From IMG/VR virus record IMGVR_UViG_3300042326_002445, positions 124,001 to 188,000 of that record: DNA of 64,000 nt. One strand, written 5' to 3'. Below are positions 1 to 12,000 of the stretch, in pieces (position 1 is the stretch's first letter; each line of letters starts with the position of its first letter). Under the pieces are notes generated by a model that saw only the letters and a list, made by a program, of their open reading frames with translations, did not search any database and was not told where the DNA came from. The translations under genes were made by a program, and so were the position numbers.

Positions 1-246
1 GCTGATAGTATGCATGAAGCTTTTAATATTGGTTGTGGCAAAAACTATTCTTGTAATGAATTATTAAATTATTTAACAGATAGATTTGCAGATGGAATGA
101 TTTCTGTGTCTAATAAGCCTCCAAGACCAGGAGATGTAAGAGAGACTTTAGCTAGTATAGAAAAAGCTAAACGTATTTTAGGCTATGAGCCACAAGCTGA
201 CTTCTGGAAAGGCGTAGACAACACAATAGATTGGTGGTTTTCATAA
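1..246 (+). CDS. NAD-dependent epimerase/dehydratase, C-terminal part (5'-truncated by the window edge)
   Basis: AFNIGCG...PPRPGDVRETLASIEKAKRILGYEP is the typical C-terminus of extended SDR sugar epimerases; the frame is open back to base 1. Confidence 0.85.
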   Translation, partial: ADSMHEAFNIGCGKNYSCNELLNYLTDRFADGMISVSNKPPRPGDVRETLASIEKAKRILGYEPQADFWKGVDNTIDWWFS

Positions 247-809
247 TGATATTTGTTGGCATAGATCCAGGCATTAGCGGTGGAATAGCGGCAATTAACG
301 ATAATGGTAAGTGTTTTTTTATAAAAACTACCCCATGCATAAGTATTAAAAAAAATAATAAAAAAAAATCTGACTATGATGTTGCAACTATGTCTGCATA
401 CCTCAAACAATTTGTTGGAAAAGAAGCTCATGTATGCCAGGAGCTTACCCATGCAATGCCTGGAAATGGAGGGGTTTCTATGTATCATTTTGGTAGGGGT
501 CATGGCATATGGGAGGGTATAGTCGGCGCTCTTGGCCTTTCACATATATTTTGCACTCCTCAAAAGTGGAAAGATATGTATCCAGAGCTGTATCAAGAAA
601 AATTGACAAAAGAACAAAGAGCCTTGATGTCTGCGTCTCAAATATCTTCATGGAAACGTAAACAAAAAGCAGAAGCTAAGAAAAAGGGAATAGAGCTAGC
701 CAAAAAATTATTTCCTGAAATAGCTTCAGAGATAACCCAAGTAAAACATGATGGCATGGCAGAAGCCTTGCTGATGGCTAATTGGCTAAGGAGAAATTAT
801 GGCAAATGA
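246..809 (+). CDS. ruvC: RuvC-like Holliday junction resolvase (phage type)
   Basis: IFVGIDPG (catalytic Asp), CQE, GGVSMYHFG, TPQKWK, HDGMAEALL. ATG at 246 overlaps the upstream TAA (TAATG). Confidence 0.85.
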   Translation: MIFVGIDPGISGGIAAINDNGKCFFIKTTPCISIKKNNKKKSDYDVATMSAYLKQFVGKEAHVCQELTHAMPGNGGVSMYHFGRGHGIWEGIVGALGLSHIFCTPQKWKDMYPELYQEKLTKEQRALMSASQISSWKRKQKAEAKKKGIELAKKLFPEIASEITQVKHDGMAEALLMANWLRRNYGK

Positions 810-1263
810 ATTTTTAGAACCCAAAGCATTTTCAATTGATGAAAGTGGGTTGGAAAATATGCTTATGAATATAGGTAGAGGTGGTCCAGCTCAGCAAGTT
901 AAGGCTGTTTCTCAAGATCGAGATACAAGTAACAAGCAAAGCTTTAAAGACTTAGAGAAATTAAACAATATAATATCAGAGTTACCAGAAGAAAAGAAAA
1001 TAAAATGTATTAGTTTATTAGAAAAATATGCAATTAAGTTTAATATGACTATAGTATGCAATTATACTTCTAATATATCTGAAGAAAAGTGCCAAATAGG
1101 TTCCAAAGAAAACGAGATATTATATAATAATTTTTCGATTCAAGGTCAATGGAGCGGTTTGGAAGTAATAATAATGGGAGATGAAGGTAGGCCCATTGTC
1201 GCCAAAAGTAGAGGCCAAGAGTGGGATAATATTTCAAAACATTTTAAGATAGTTGAATTATGA
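799..1263 (+). CDS. hypothetical protein
   Basis: 154-aa ORF overlapping both neighbours; no recognised motif. Confidence 0.7.
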   Translation: MANEFLEPKAFSIDESGLENMLMNIGRGGPAQQVKAVSQDRDTSNKQSFKDLEKLNNIISELPEEKKIKCISLLEKYAIKFNMTIVCNYTSNISEEKCQIGSKENEILYNNFSIQGQWSGLEVIIMGDEGRPIVAKSRGQEWDNISKHFKIVEL

Positions 1264-1559
1264 TTTATTATTTAGATGATTTTATGACAAAACTGGTAAG
1301 GGCTCATAATTGTGTCAATACTGACCAAAAAAAAGCTATTGATATAATTAAATCTGTTATTCAAGAATTTAAGCCAGAAGACGAAAAAGTATTATATTTA
1401 CTAAAATCATCTTGTGAAGTCGGCCTAGATAGTCCAAAAAAATTCCAATCTTACATTAAAGAGTGTATGGATTTGGTGCATAAAAATCATGAAATTATGA
1501 TAGAATCTTATAAATCTAATAAAAAATCAAATGGAAGACAGAGCTCTAAGAACAATTAA
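1260..1559 (+). CDS. hypothetical protein
   Basis: 99-aa ORF with ATGA overlap to the upstream gene. Confidence 0.7.
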   Translation: MIYYLDDFMTKLVRAHNCVNTDQKKAIDIIKSVIQEFKPEDEKVLYLLKSSCEVGLDSPKKFQSYIKECMDLVHKNHEIMIESYKSNKKSNGRQSSKNN

Positions 1560-2160
1560 TTCTATTAGTAAGCAAAAAGCTGATGCAGTTATTATAAAAA
1601 GTAATTGCAAGCTTTGCAATAGCGCATTCAGGCAGGACGCAGAAGAACTGTATGGACATGAGAAAAATCTGACTGCCGTGCATAGGCTCTTGAAGTCAAA
1701 TAATGAAGATATTTCTATTCCTTCAATTAGGTCACATATGATTAATCATTTTATTGATGTCAATAGGCACGAAAAAATGAGAGAATATGTTGAAGATCTT
1801 TCAAAGTGGAAAGAGGTATCTGCATCAAAAGCAGAAAGATTGCAAACTTATTTGTCTATATTAGAAAAAAGAATATTTCAGATTGCTAGTGCTGTTGAGG
1901 ATAGAACAGATCCTGAAAGCATGAAGCAGACTGAAGTCTTGAATAAGCTTATAGATCAGGCAAATACTATACAACTAGCTCTTACTGAAGAATCTGAACG
2001 GATTGAACCAGCTAGAATAGTAATAAAGAAATTACAAGAAATTATTGAAATAAGGGTAAGAAGTAGTAAAAGTCCAGAATTAAAAAATATTCTCATAGAT
2101 TTGGTTTCCGATTTACAGGGCAATATAGGAGGTTTATTAGAAAATGGAAAACATGAATAA
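1531..2160 (+). CDS. hypothetical protein with N-terminal CxxC...HxxxH putative Zn/HTH module (possibly terminase small subunit-like)
   Basis: CKLC...LTAVHRLL...SIPSIRSHMINH followed by a helical/coiled-coil region. The function is inferred only. Confidence 0.55.
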   Translation: MEDRALRTINSISKQKADAVIIKSNCKLCNSAFRQDAEELYGHEKNLTAVHRLLKSNNEDISIPSIRSHMINHFIDVNRHEKMREYVEDLSKWKEVSASKAERLQTYLSILEKRIFQIASAVEDRTDPESMKQTEVLNKLIDQANTIQLALTEESERIEPARIVIKKLQEIIEIRVRSSKSPELKNILIDLVSDLQGNIGGLLENGKHE

Positions 2161-2341
2161 TCAAAAAATTAATTTACTTAAAAAGATAGCAGAGTTAAAG
2201 CAATCTATTGGCAATAACAAGCCTGCTTCGGGTCCCACAAATCCCCCAAAGCAGCAAAATCCAGCTGATCAAAAAACCAATAATAACAATAATAATGGTT
2301 CAAGGGGTTGCGGTGCATGTTCTCGTAAAAAGAATTCATGA
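2144..2341 (+). CDS. small low-complexity protein with C-terminal GCGACSR motif
   Basis: 65 aa, P/Q/N-rich, ends RGCGACSRKKNS; its stop overlaps the next ATG. Confidence 0.6.
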   Translation: MENMNNQKINLLKKIAELKQSIGNNKPASGPTNPPKQQNPADQKTNNNNNNGSRGCGACSRKKNS

Positions 2342-3234
2342 TAGAAGATATAATAAATGCTTTTAATTTAAAGCGAGATATTTTTGTATCACCAGACGAT
2401 GCTGCCTCAATAATAGAGGCAGTAAGTCTGTTCATTGATAATAATAATGTTAGGGATAATAGAATCGCCCGTTTGCCAGACTTGCTAGCAAATGGAGATC
2501 CTATGGGTGAATATGCTTATGTGCCATTGAGTATATTGGATGTGTCAATATCATTAGCCTTAGACCAAAAATTTTATGGTCAAACCGTATTTGGATCTAC
2601 TCTTTCAAAAATCTCTATGCTTTCCAATACGGACATGGTTTTGTGCAAAATAAATCGCAAAGACTTGCAACAAAAAGATTTTGGAACTGTTTGTTTAATA
2701 CCAAACGGTATCCCAAATTTTAGAGCTAGATGTGAAGGAATAGTGGTAATGAACGATCATCCTCTGGAAGAAATGACAAGATTCACTAAAAGTAAAAATT
2801 TTAATATTGAAATTCTCACTATGAGAGATGAAGAAAAATGGAGATATCATAAATTTACTTTTGCAAGTCAGGGTAGTAATTTGGTTTATCATGACAAAAA
2901 TATAATGTCAGCTCTTAAAAAATATGCGTCAAATGTAAAAGAAAATTTTGACTTACTTTCTAAAGATCCTATTAAGATTGCAAAATCACTTATTTCTGTA
3001 GATGTCAGCAAGGATGGTTTGCATGAGTTGCTTCGCTATATGTCTGGCGGCAATAAAATAGTTCATGTTGGCTCTAAGGTGGTCGCGAAGCCAACAAATT
3101 TAATGAAAAGCAAATCGGTAGGAACTGTAGTAGGTAAATCTGCAAATATAATCAATGTTAAATGGGATGCAGGTTCTATGAAGTATAATTTAGATGATCC
3201 AAAAACATATTTTTTAATAGAGTTTGTTGACTAA
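2338..3234 (+). CDS. hypothetical protein
   Basis: 298-aa ORF coupled on both sides (ATGA and TAATG overlaps). Confidence 0.75.
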   Translation: MIEDIINAFNLKRDIFVSPDDAASIIEAVSLFIDNNNVRDNRIARLPDLLANGDPMGEYAYVPLSILDVSISLALDQKFYGQTVFGSTLSKISMLSNTDMVLCKINRKDLQQKDFGTVCLIPNGIPNFRARCEGIVVMNDHPLEEMTRFTKSKNFNIEILTMRDEEKWRYHKFTFASQGSNLVYHDKNIMSALKKYASNVKENFDLLSKDPIKIAKSLISVDVSKDGLHELLRYMSGGNKIVHVGSKVVAKPTNLMKSKSVGTVVGKSANIINVKWDAGSMKYNLDDPKTYFLIEFVD

Positions 3235-6200
3235 TGAATAAATCATATAACGCATACGATACTGTAGCAATAGGCATTAGCCAGAACAAGGCTAAACTTT
3301 ATAGTCAAAAATTATTAAAAAATGGAGATGTGATTGAAATAGGAACTTCTTTTTCAAGCTGTGAAAAAGTTGTATTAGACATTAAGTCTCTGACAAATTC
3401 AAAATATGCGTATGAGAATAATTCAACAAAAGAAAATGTATTGTATTTGTTAAACGAAGAAAATCCATTTGATGTAATTATTCCGTATAACAATGCTCCA
3501 AAAAACGCATTACAAATCAAAGGTCATATATCTTATAACAGAAGTAAAAACATTGTAGAAATTAATACTGGATCTATCTTCAATAATGGTTTTTTTAAAT
3601 TTAATTTAAAATTGAATTTTACTTCTGGGGGCATTACAAGAGGTAAAATTATAAAGCAAAAGCCAATTATTGAAATTGCTCCTACTAAAGTTGCTGAAAA
3701 AATGTTTGATGGATTAAACGTCAGAATTGATAAAAAAGGCAATAAAGATGATGCTTTGGTTATTGACGAATTTAAAAGGTTTTCTCAAAACAGACTTGTT
3801 AATTTTAATTTACAAGATAATTATTTTGGATGTGAAAGATATAATGTTTTGTATGTTGGTTCCGGTGAATTTGTATTTGATGATGAAGTTAATCTAAAAA
3901 ATGTTATTATAAAAAATAAGGCTACAGTTTCTGTGCCAGCTGGATTCCCATTAATATCCATTGTGGATAGAGCGGAAAGTCCAGTATTAGAAAATGGATT
4001 ATTTTACAAGAAAAGTAGCCCACAACTTGACAGCTCTATAGTTCACAAGCAATACTTTGACGCAAATGGCATAGCATTTTATGACCAAGTGATTACTCGT
4101 GGGCTTAAATCTTCATCTGGAGGTGGAGGAAGAAACCATCCTCTTGTTCACGTAAGAGATATATTTAATTCTGTTGGCCATTACGATGATATCCCAATTC
4201 TACATTTTAGAAGAGAATATGCAGAAAAGGAAAGTGGAACAAACGGGAAAGCTCCATATCACTTTTATTTTTGTCCAAAGTTTGTCAAACCAAGTGATTC
4301 CTTAGCAAAACCTATTGATATTAAAATAAAGTCTTCTGCTATTAATAATGTAGAATTTTATTTTTCAATCAGCGAAAGATCATTAAATAAAATATCTTTA
4401 AATAGTAAAACTGTTGTTTATTCGAATATGGGCAATAAGTTTTATTATGGTAAATTAAATTTAGATATAACTGATGCATATAAGAACGCTAATTTTTCAT
4501 TTGGTAAATCTAAAGTATTTTATTCAGATACACAATCTACAGATCCACTAAACGAACCAACTTATGGTTTAACAATAATGGATGTATTAGATGCGTTGAA
4601 AAAGAATTTGTCTGGCAATGTCAATATATTGTCAACAAATGGCACTTCTGATGGCACTCAAAATGGATTTATTCCTACTTTTTCTGAAATTGGTATTTTT
4701 TCTGCCAATCCAAATGAGCCAATTATTGAATTTTTAGAAGGTAGAGATTTTATGGGTTGCGCCATGATGCCAGCGGCAAGACTATGGAATGGTAATAAGG
4801 ATAATTCTTATTTGACTGCCTCTTCCGAAGAAGCCGAGAGTATTGTTTTATCAAAAGGTTCAAGGTCTGGCTCTATTTACACTAGAGGTCTTGCGCATAC
4901 TGTGGATTTAGAAAACTATGTTGGACTAGCTCCTTTGTGCAGAGCGTTCACTACCGCATTTGTACGTGGTGAAATAAAATCATTTCAAGAACATGTTGCA
5001 GATGATGACTTTAAACCCATAGAAGATGGCGGCAAGGGCTATAATAGATTTTATAAATATAATACTATAAAGAAAAGCATTGAAGTTATGGCGTTTGGCG
5101 ACAACTATTTTAATGCAATTTTAAATTTACCTATTTATGAATCAGAGAATATGCAGGTTGGAGGACCTGCTACAAAGTCTGCTCATTTTGGCAAGTTAAG
5201 AAAACTTGTTGGAGCATCACAGATAGGTGTAGCATTTGACTTTTTGGGAAAAACTTACAAAGATCAAAACGGTTTTTTTGAAACTACTCCAGCTTATATG
5301 ATTTCGCATTTAGGTTTTGGAGAACCTAGTTCTGTGCTTTCGGAGAATCTTGTAAAAAAGTTATCTGATTTTTCTGGTGGATCAAATTTCATATCACTCC
5401 ATTACAAGCATAATAAGATGTTTCCAGGAACGATGTCTCACCGTTCTTACGAGTATGTCCCTAATCCAAAGAGGTATGGCATAAATATTTATGGTGAGGA
5501 CAGTAAGAATTTATATAATGGGGGTATATTTTCTTCTCTCTACACCACATCTGGTCTTGGTTGCCATTTTAACATAGATAATACTGCAGCTAATAAAGAA
5601 GCATCATATTATTCTTTGTCTTTAGATCCATTTATATTTGACAATAATGCTCTTTTGTGCTATGAAGGTGGCTCGGAACAAGAAACTCCAAAAAGAAGGG
5701 TTCAAATTGCGCCATGCATGAATTGGATAAATAATGCACCTGAAAAGTCTAAAATTGTATGCGCTTTCTTAAGAAGAGAAATGCTTGATTGGGCAAAAGA
5801 TAGAGGTTGGTCTGTTGGAAAAACTTTAAGTTTTAGTTTTTACTCTTATAAGAGAGATCAAAATTCAAATGGAATCATTTCTCTAACTGGAAGCGGTGAT
5901 AAAGAAGTATTTTCTTATTTAAATTACGATGTTTCTACTAAAGAAATAGCTTATGCAGACAATTTAGGTACAAGTAAATTTATTGGCAATACTCTACAGT
6001 CATTTATTGATGCGCACACAGGTACTTTTGATGGACTTTTAGAGATAGAGGCAAAGCCAGTTATCAGGGCAACTGATGTTATGCCTTATGAGGATTTCGT
6101 ATTTAATACTGCAATAACTAATATTGGCGGAAAAAGACCAGTAGTAGAGATAATTTCTGAAGAGCCTTATTATTATCCGTATGCTTCAAATCCATATAGT

Positions 6201-9044
6201 CCTGTTCAAGGTATGGAACTGAATAGTGGTTTGTATTCTGAAAATATTGGCACTTTTGAAATGTGGTCAAATCCCTATAGCTCTAATAGTCCATATTACT
6301 ACGAGCCATATTACCACGAGCCATATTACCACGAGCCATATTACTACGAGCCATATGTCAACCCTTACACACCTCCTCAGGAAGTAGCAAAAACGGGTTT
6401 ATTGATGGTGTACAAAAATACGGTTATTCCAAGGATGCAGTCTGGATTCAATTTGCAAATAGACATGATACAAAACAATAAGTATCCTAGGTCTTATAAG
6501 TTTTATTTAAATAACCCAAAATATAATTCAATAGATGATTTAGTCGATGACGTAAATAGCAGATTACTGGAATTCGGGATTGTAGCTAAATCCCTAGTTC
6601 AAAATCCAAAAGCATATTCTACTCGTAGGCTTGTTGAAAAAGAACCTGCAAAAATAGTAGAAGCAAATTACATATTCAAGAAAGTATATCCATTTATTGA
6701 ATCCAGTCAGCTAGATATTGTTTCTGAAAATATAGAACCAAATCCATATATAGAATCTTTGGAAGAAAACCCATATTCAAGTTTGTTTGAGTCTAATGTC
6801 AATGTTATTGGTACATCAGAGGCCTCCGCTACTGAATCGCTTGTTGGAAATTATTCTTTTGATCCTTATACTCAACAATATTCGGACGCATATACAAGCC
6901 CATACGAATATCCTACAGAGAGTAAAAGATTTGTTGCAGAATCTCTTTCTAGATTGCCTAAAGTTAATCCGTCTATTTTACAATCTGAAATTAATGCAGT
7001 CACATTTGAAAGAGTGAGAGTTTCAGAGTCAAGTAATGAAACTATTGGTATATATTATGACACGTATGACTCACAGCATGATCAGCCAGATGTCTTGAAC
7101 GTGTCTTTTGTTTCTAAGTCTACCAATTATAGTTCTGCAAAAAATGAACAAGTATTTGGTGGAAGACCAAGAAATGTAATAGGCGTTTCGGATATGGAGA
7201 ATATTTCATCGCCAGTATTATCTAGTTCTTTTGATGATGAAAATAGGTTTATAGAATCAAGTGAATTGATTTCTCAAGACAATCAAGACAATTATAGTAA
7301 AAATAACTATACTCAAAAATTAATGATGCTTCCTTCAAACATGATTGCGCTTGAGGTTTCCTACGGTGGATATATAGCAAATGGGATAATTAGAACAAAT
7401 CCGGCTCCAAATACATATTTTGCAAATTATCAGCAAACTGGTATTGGAGATGTTCAGTTTAGAACTGTTGACGCAGACTTTGCGTTAGTGATTGTAAGAG
7501 TTGCATATAGTGATGGAAGATACGGTCCTAATAATTCTGCTTCTAATGATTTTGCATCTATGATAACTGCTACTGTTAACTACAATTCTCCAGTTGATCC
7601 AGCATATGTAGTTGGAGAATTCGCTCCTGGAGATACTGTAGAAAATGTTGAATTTATAAATTCTGAGGGAGATTCAGAGAGTTATTTAGTATTTCCAGTG
7701 ATGTTAAAAATCCCACTTAAATCAACAGTAAGTTACGTTAGCATAAATATGTCTAGCACTGGTCTTTCAACTTCTGTAAAAATTATAGATGCTCCATCAG
7801 AGATAAACAACTTTGGATTTTTGGCAATAAATAAAAATAATCCAAATTATGATATGAAAGTATCCAAAGATGGCAAGACTTTTGGTTTGGTTTTAGATAA
7901 TTATGGTTTTTGGGACATCCTTATAGCTCCTGAGGGTATTTTGGAAACTTCTGATGCTGGAGAATTTACCTTTAATGGAAGGGGTTATTCTCGCACAGTC
8001 ATAGACACAGATGATAGATTTGTTGCTGGTATAGGCAACCCAATTATTAGTGATGTTGATAATGACATTACCGGGTTTGACAAATCGATGATACCAGAGC
8101 CAATAAGAAATAGCATTACTCTTATCCCTGTTCCTGGATATCAGCAAGTGTGGGTCCTCAGAATAGACCCAGCAGTAAAAACGTATTTGGTTAATAGACG
8201 TAGGGCGGCTGGTGGAGCAAGTCAAGACGGATGCTATGTAGATATCCCCGTATACTTTCAGGCTAATATCACCGAATCTTCTGGCACTTGCAACATAAGG
8301 ATATTTAATAACGTTGGATGTGTTTTTGATTACAATTTCTGTGATTTTTTCTGGAATCTTGGATCTCCCCTTCAGCCACCATCCGCTTTTGTTATACAGG
8401 ATTCAATAGAAGTGAATTTTATAGAGTATATCAATTGCGATTCAGTGGCAAGGAATATTGAGGAAGATGGTCTGCAGAAGATTGAAATTGTAAGCTATTT
8501 TATGCTTAACATTAATAAAATACCCATGCTAGATAACGGCAACGCTTTACTTCTTATAAAAGCTGACACTGCTGAAACTCAAGTAAGAGATATATTTACT
8601 CCAGATATTGACACAATTGGCAAGCTAAGCACCCCAACTGCCGTGAACCAAGAAAGACCTTGGGAGTTTGACTGCAGCTTTGTCCCTGGTATAGATAGGA
8701 TAAATAAGACAATTTTATACACAAATCCACAAAATTATTTAGATTACACTATTAATAGTGGTGAAATAGCACGAGGAATAAATAGTCTTAGTAGATTTAT
8801 GCTTGTGCAGCCAAAAACTAGATTTCCTTTAGTTGATGAATTTGGCATGAGCTCTGCTACAGAAAAAGTCGTAGCAAGCATAGGATTCGTATTTAAAGAC
8901 TGGAAGCCATCTGCCACAGATTTTTGGCAGGATAGAATGATATTTGGAATAAAATTTGTAATTCCAACTGGGCAAACACAGCCTAATTTATTGCAAAAAT
9001 TTTCGATAAGATTCTTATATAATGAAGATAGACGTTTATTATGA
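3234..9044 (+). CDS. giant protein, probable virion structural component (1936 aa)
   Basis: Long open frame with no signal peptide, a Tyr/Pro-rich central repeat region, and translational coupling to two further giant ORFs. The structural role is inferred. Confidence 0.7.
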   Translation: MNKSYNAYDTVAIGISQNKAKLYSQKLLKNGDVIEIGTSFSSCEKVVLDIKSLTNSKYAYENNSTKENVLYLLNEENPFDVIIPYNNAPKNALQIKGHISYNRSKNIVEINTGSIFNNGFFKFNLKLNFTSGGITRGKIIKQKPIIEIAPTKVAEKMFDGLNVRIDKKGNKDDALVIDEFKRFSQNRLVNFNLQDNYFGCERYNVLYVGSGEFVFDDEVNLKNVIIKNKATVSVPAGFPLISIVDRAESPVLENGLFYKKSSPQLDSSIVHKQYFDANGIAFYDQVITRGLKSSSGGGGRNHPLVHVRDIFNSVGHYDDIPILHFRREYAEKESGTNGKAPYHFYFCPKFVKPSDSLAKPIDIKIKSSAINNVEFYFSISERSLNKISLNSKTVVYSNMGNKFYYGKLNLDITDAYKNANFSFGKSKVFYSDTQSTDPLNEPTYGLTIMDVLDALKKNLSGNVNILSTNGTSDGTQNGFIPTFSEIGIFSANPNEPIIEFLEGRDFMGCAMMPAARLWNGNKDNSYLTASSEEAESIVLSKGSRSGSIYTRGLAHTVDLENYVGLAPLCRAFTTAFVRGEIKSFQEHVADDDFKPIEDGGKGYNRFYKYNTIKKSIEVMAFGDNYFNAILNLPIYESENMQVGGPATKSAHFGKLRKLVGASQIGVAFDFLGKTYKDQNGFFETTPAYMISHLGFGEPSSVLSENLVKKLSDFSGGSNFISLHYKHNKMFPGTMSHRSYEYVPNPKRYGINIYGEDSKNLYNGGIFSSLYTTSGLGCHFNIDNTAANKEASYYSLSLDPFIFDNNALLCYEGGSEQETPKRRVQIAPCMNWINNAPEKSKIVCAFLRREMLDWAKDRGWSVGKTLSFSFYSYKRDQNSNGIISLTGSGDKEVFSYLNYDVSTKEIAYADNLGTSKFIGNTLQSFIDAHTGTFDGLLEIEAKPVIRATDVMPYEDFVFNTAITNIGGKRPVVEIISEEPYYYPYASNPYSPVQGMELNSGLYSENIGTFEMWSNPYSSNSPYYYEPYYHEPYYHEPYYYEPYVNPYTPPQEVAKTGLLMVYKNTVIPRMQSGFNLQIDMIQNNKYPRSYKFYLNNPKYNSIDDLVDDVNSRLLEFGIVAKSLVQNPKAYSTRRLVEKEPAKIVEANYIFKKVYPFIESSQLDIVSENIEPNPYIESLEENPYSSLFESNVNVIGTSEASATESLVGNYSFDPYTQQYSDAYTSPYEYPTESKRFVAESLSRLPKVNPSILQSEINAVTFERVRVSESSNETIGIYYDTYDSQHDQPDVLNVSFVSKSTNYSSAKNEQVFGGRPRNVIGVSDMENISSPVLSSSFDDENRFIESSELISQDNQDNYSKNNYTQKLMMLPSNMIALEVSYGGYIANGIIRTNPAPNTYFANYQQTGIGDVQFRTVDADFALVIVRVAYSDGRYGPNNSASNDFASMITATVNYNSPVDPAYVVGEFAPGDTVENVEFINSEGDSESYLVFPVMLKIPLKSTVSYVSINMSSTGLSTSVKIIDAPSEINNFGFLAINKNNPNYDMKVSKDGKTFGLVLDNYGFWDILIAPEGILETSDAGEFTFNGRGYSRTVIDTDDRFVAGIGNPIISDVDNDITGFDKSMIPEPIRNSITLIPVPGYQQVWVLRIDPAVKTYLVNRRRAAGGASQDGCYVDIPVYFQANITESSGTCNIRIFNNVGCVFDYNFCDFFWNLGSPLQPPSAFVIQDSIEVNFIEYINCDSVARNIEEDGLQKIEIVSYFMLNINKIPMLDNGNALLLIKADTAETQVRDIFTPDIDTIGKLSTPTAVNQERPWEFDCSFVPGIDRINKTILYTNPQNYLDYTINSGEIARGINSLSRFMLVQPKTRFPLVDEFGMSSATEKVVASIGFVFKDWKPSATDFWQDRMIFGIKFVIPTGQTQPNLLQKFSIRFLYNEDRRLL
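6291..6356 (+). repeat. 15-bp coding tandem repeat CCATATTAC(T/C)ACGAG x4.4 encoding PYY(Y/H)E
   Basis: Units at 6291, 6306, 6321 and 6336, with a partial unit at 6351. Confidence 0.95.
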
Positions 9045-12000
9045 TAAAAATTAGAAAAATCATATACTGGCATTTTGCTATTTACGCTGGAGATGCTGAG
9101 ACTATAAATCCAGAATCTCTGCCGAATGATTCTATATCCACTCTTGATATGGGATTGAACGTAGATAATCCCATTATAGTCAATGGATCTCCTAATGTAA
9201 GAGCGTTTTCTGCTTCTACAGGGTACGAATGGCTTATTGACATATCTGTTGCAAATGGCATCACTAGAGACTCAAATGATGATGACAAAAGAACAACCAT
9301 AAGATCAAACAATCCTAATGCATCTCCTGGTTTTGTATGGTTTGATTTAGCCGTTGTTGAATTAAAAGCAGTTCTTGGCAATCCAATTGTGGTTGATACT
9401 CTTGAGCAACTTAGTCTTGTCAAAGATGATAATAATGATGGCGCTAGAGTTCAAGTAAAATATGTTTTGTTTGGAGCGCACAAAGAAGGGGAGACTGGAG
9501 CTCAACTAAGAAACGAGCCAAATGCTTTTTTTGATGCAACTAATATACCAAATGAAGTTAGTTCTGAGGGAGATCAAACTCATCAGCAGCTTGTTGATGC
9601 TATGTCTTCAAAAACTTTTGTAGACGAAGATGGTGTTCCAAATAGTTTTTTCATAAATATTAAATATCAAGAAGAAGTAACCAAAATAGGATGTTGCAAT
9701 ATAGATGTGTCAGAGAGTTCTTCTAGTTCTTCTGAAGAGTCTAGTTCTAGTTCTTCTGAAGAGTCTAGTTCGTCAAGTAGTAGTTCAAGTACTTTAGAAT
9801 CTTGCTCTTCTGGGCTTACGCTTAGGAGTCAGCCGTCCATACATAATGATAGAAGAAGAATATGGGCCGTAAGACAAACTGCTGATGTTAATATTAGCAA
9901 TAACGCTATTTATGAAGGTAATTTTTTCTTAGGTTCTGGTCAAGTAGTAAGAAAAAATTACATAGCATCAGAACTAGTGTATGCTGATGTTGAAGATGTT
10001 TTAAATGGAGAAAAATCATGGAATGAAATAAATTGGCAGCATGCTGGTTATATATCTTTCCGTGAAAATAAGCCATACGCAATGGCTTTGCATAAAGATC
10101 CAATTTTTAATAAAAGTGATTTGTCTCACAGTGATGGCAATCTATGCACTTATCATGCATATGATAACAATTTTGACTTACCTGTATCTATACAGTCTAT
10201 ATCATGGGACACTCGTGGCTATTTGTGGGCTTTATGTAGTGGCGGAGCAAAAGACTCAACGCCTGTTACTTCAAATGTTGTTAATGGAATTGAGAGCACA
10301 GAAGGCGTATACGGGCTTATCCCTGGTGGTTGGAAAAAATATCCAGCTGATATGCTATACTTTGGTGGCTCTAACACTGGTACTTCTAGCGAATATGAAG
10401 ATTTAAACTCTTCAAGTCTAACGGGTGAAATATTTTCTATGAGTTGGGGTTGTGATAGAGATAAGAAAAATGAATTTTTATCAATTATAGATTCAGATCT
10501 GAATATCAGTATACGTAAAAATAAAAATTCTAATATTAATTTTCCAGAAGATGACAATATCATAGGTGATGATGGCACATTGTTAAAAGCATCTAGCATA
10601 TATTCTGGCATAGAAAAAATATGTATTATAGAACTTGACACTAAGCTTCCATATCTTCTATCATACAATTCTGTAGATAGTGATTTAAAAAACGCAATTG
10701 ATATTGAAAGATCAAATAATACACAATACTCATATATGTCTTGTGGAATAGATTTTATAGTTGGGATTACATCAAGTAGTCAAGTAAAAATATTTGTCAA
10801 CAGATCTGGAAGTGAAATTCCAAGCCAGGATGATGCTGATGATTTGCAAGAATTTATAAATGATGATATATCTAATGGATATAGTGTTAAAAAATTAGTA
10901 TGTGGAGATAGTTTTTTTGCCGTCTATTTATCCTCCAGCTCTGGAGCATCAAAGTTGTATGCAAGAGGATATATTAATGGGGTAAGTATATGGGATGGTT
11001 CTGACTATGATTCTAGCTTCATAAAATATTCATCTTGGGATTTGAGTGAAACCAAGCCAATATTAGACATAGACGCATTTGGCAGTTATCTTATTGTTGT
11101 TTATTCAGAAGGGCTAAGTTCTTCTTCTAATAAGTCAGTTTATTACACAGTATCTACGGTTCTTAGCGACTTGCCAATACACAACACCAGTTCGGCATCT
11201 AGCTCTAATACAGTTGATTTCATAGATTATGAGTTTTTAAATCAATTAAGAAAAATTTATTTAGACAATACTAGTAATGTAATTGATGAATGGGCAAACT
11301 TGACCACAAGAACAAGTTTGATTTCTTCTAAAGGATTATTAGGTTATAACACTGATATTTATAGCAACAATTTAAGTGGAAAAATAAATATATTTGAAAA
11401 TTCAGAGTATTTGACGCATCCTTACTTTGCTCAATCTCAAAATATTGAAAGTAGAATGCAAGTTGATTCTGGAATGTTTGGATATGATGTAAGTTCTTTT
11501 GTTTGGCAAAATGAAAGTTATTTAGCAATTTCTGCTCCAACTGAAGGTTCTTTGTTGGGTGCCAATAATGGAGGAATTCTTGGACAGCAAAACGGCCAGC
11601 ATGGTAGAGGTGCAATATACATATTTAAAAGATATGATAAGGGATTTAAAGTTATACAAAAGATCCAGCATCCAGATGCTAACGCCATAGCTTTTGGAAA
11701 ACAAATTTGTTTGTTTGCAACCAAAGATGCTTCCGATACTAGCGTAATGTCTTTAGTCTGTTCCTACAGAGGAAACACTTCTGACTATACAAGAATTTAT
11801 TATTGGAATGATGTAGATCAGTTGTTTGAATGGTCTGAATTGTCTGATGGGTTAATGACGGTGGGCGGATTAAATTTAGACCCATCAACAACAGATGTTT
11901 CTATATTTGAGATAAAAAGAATAAGTGATATTAGCATTTCCATAAGCTGTTTTACAAACAATAATAAAACAGGTTATGCACAATTTATTAATACATCTAA

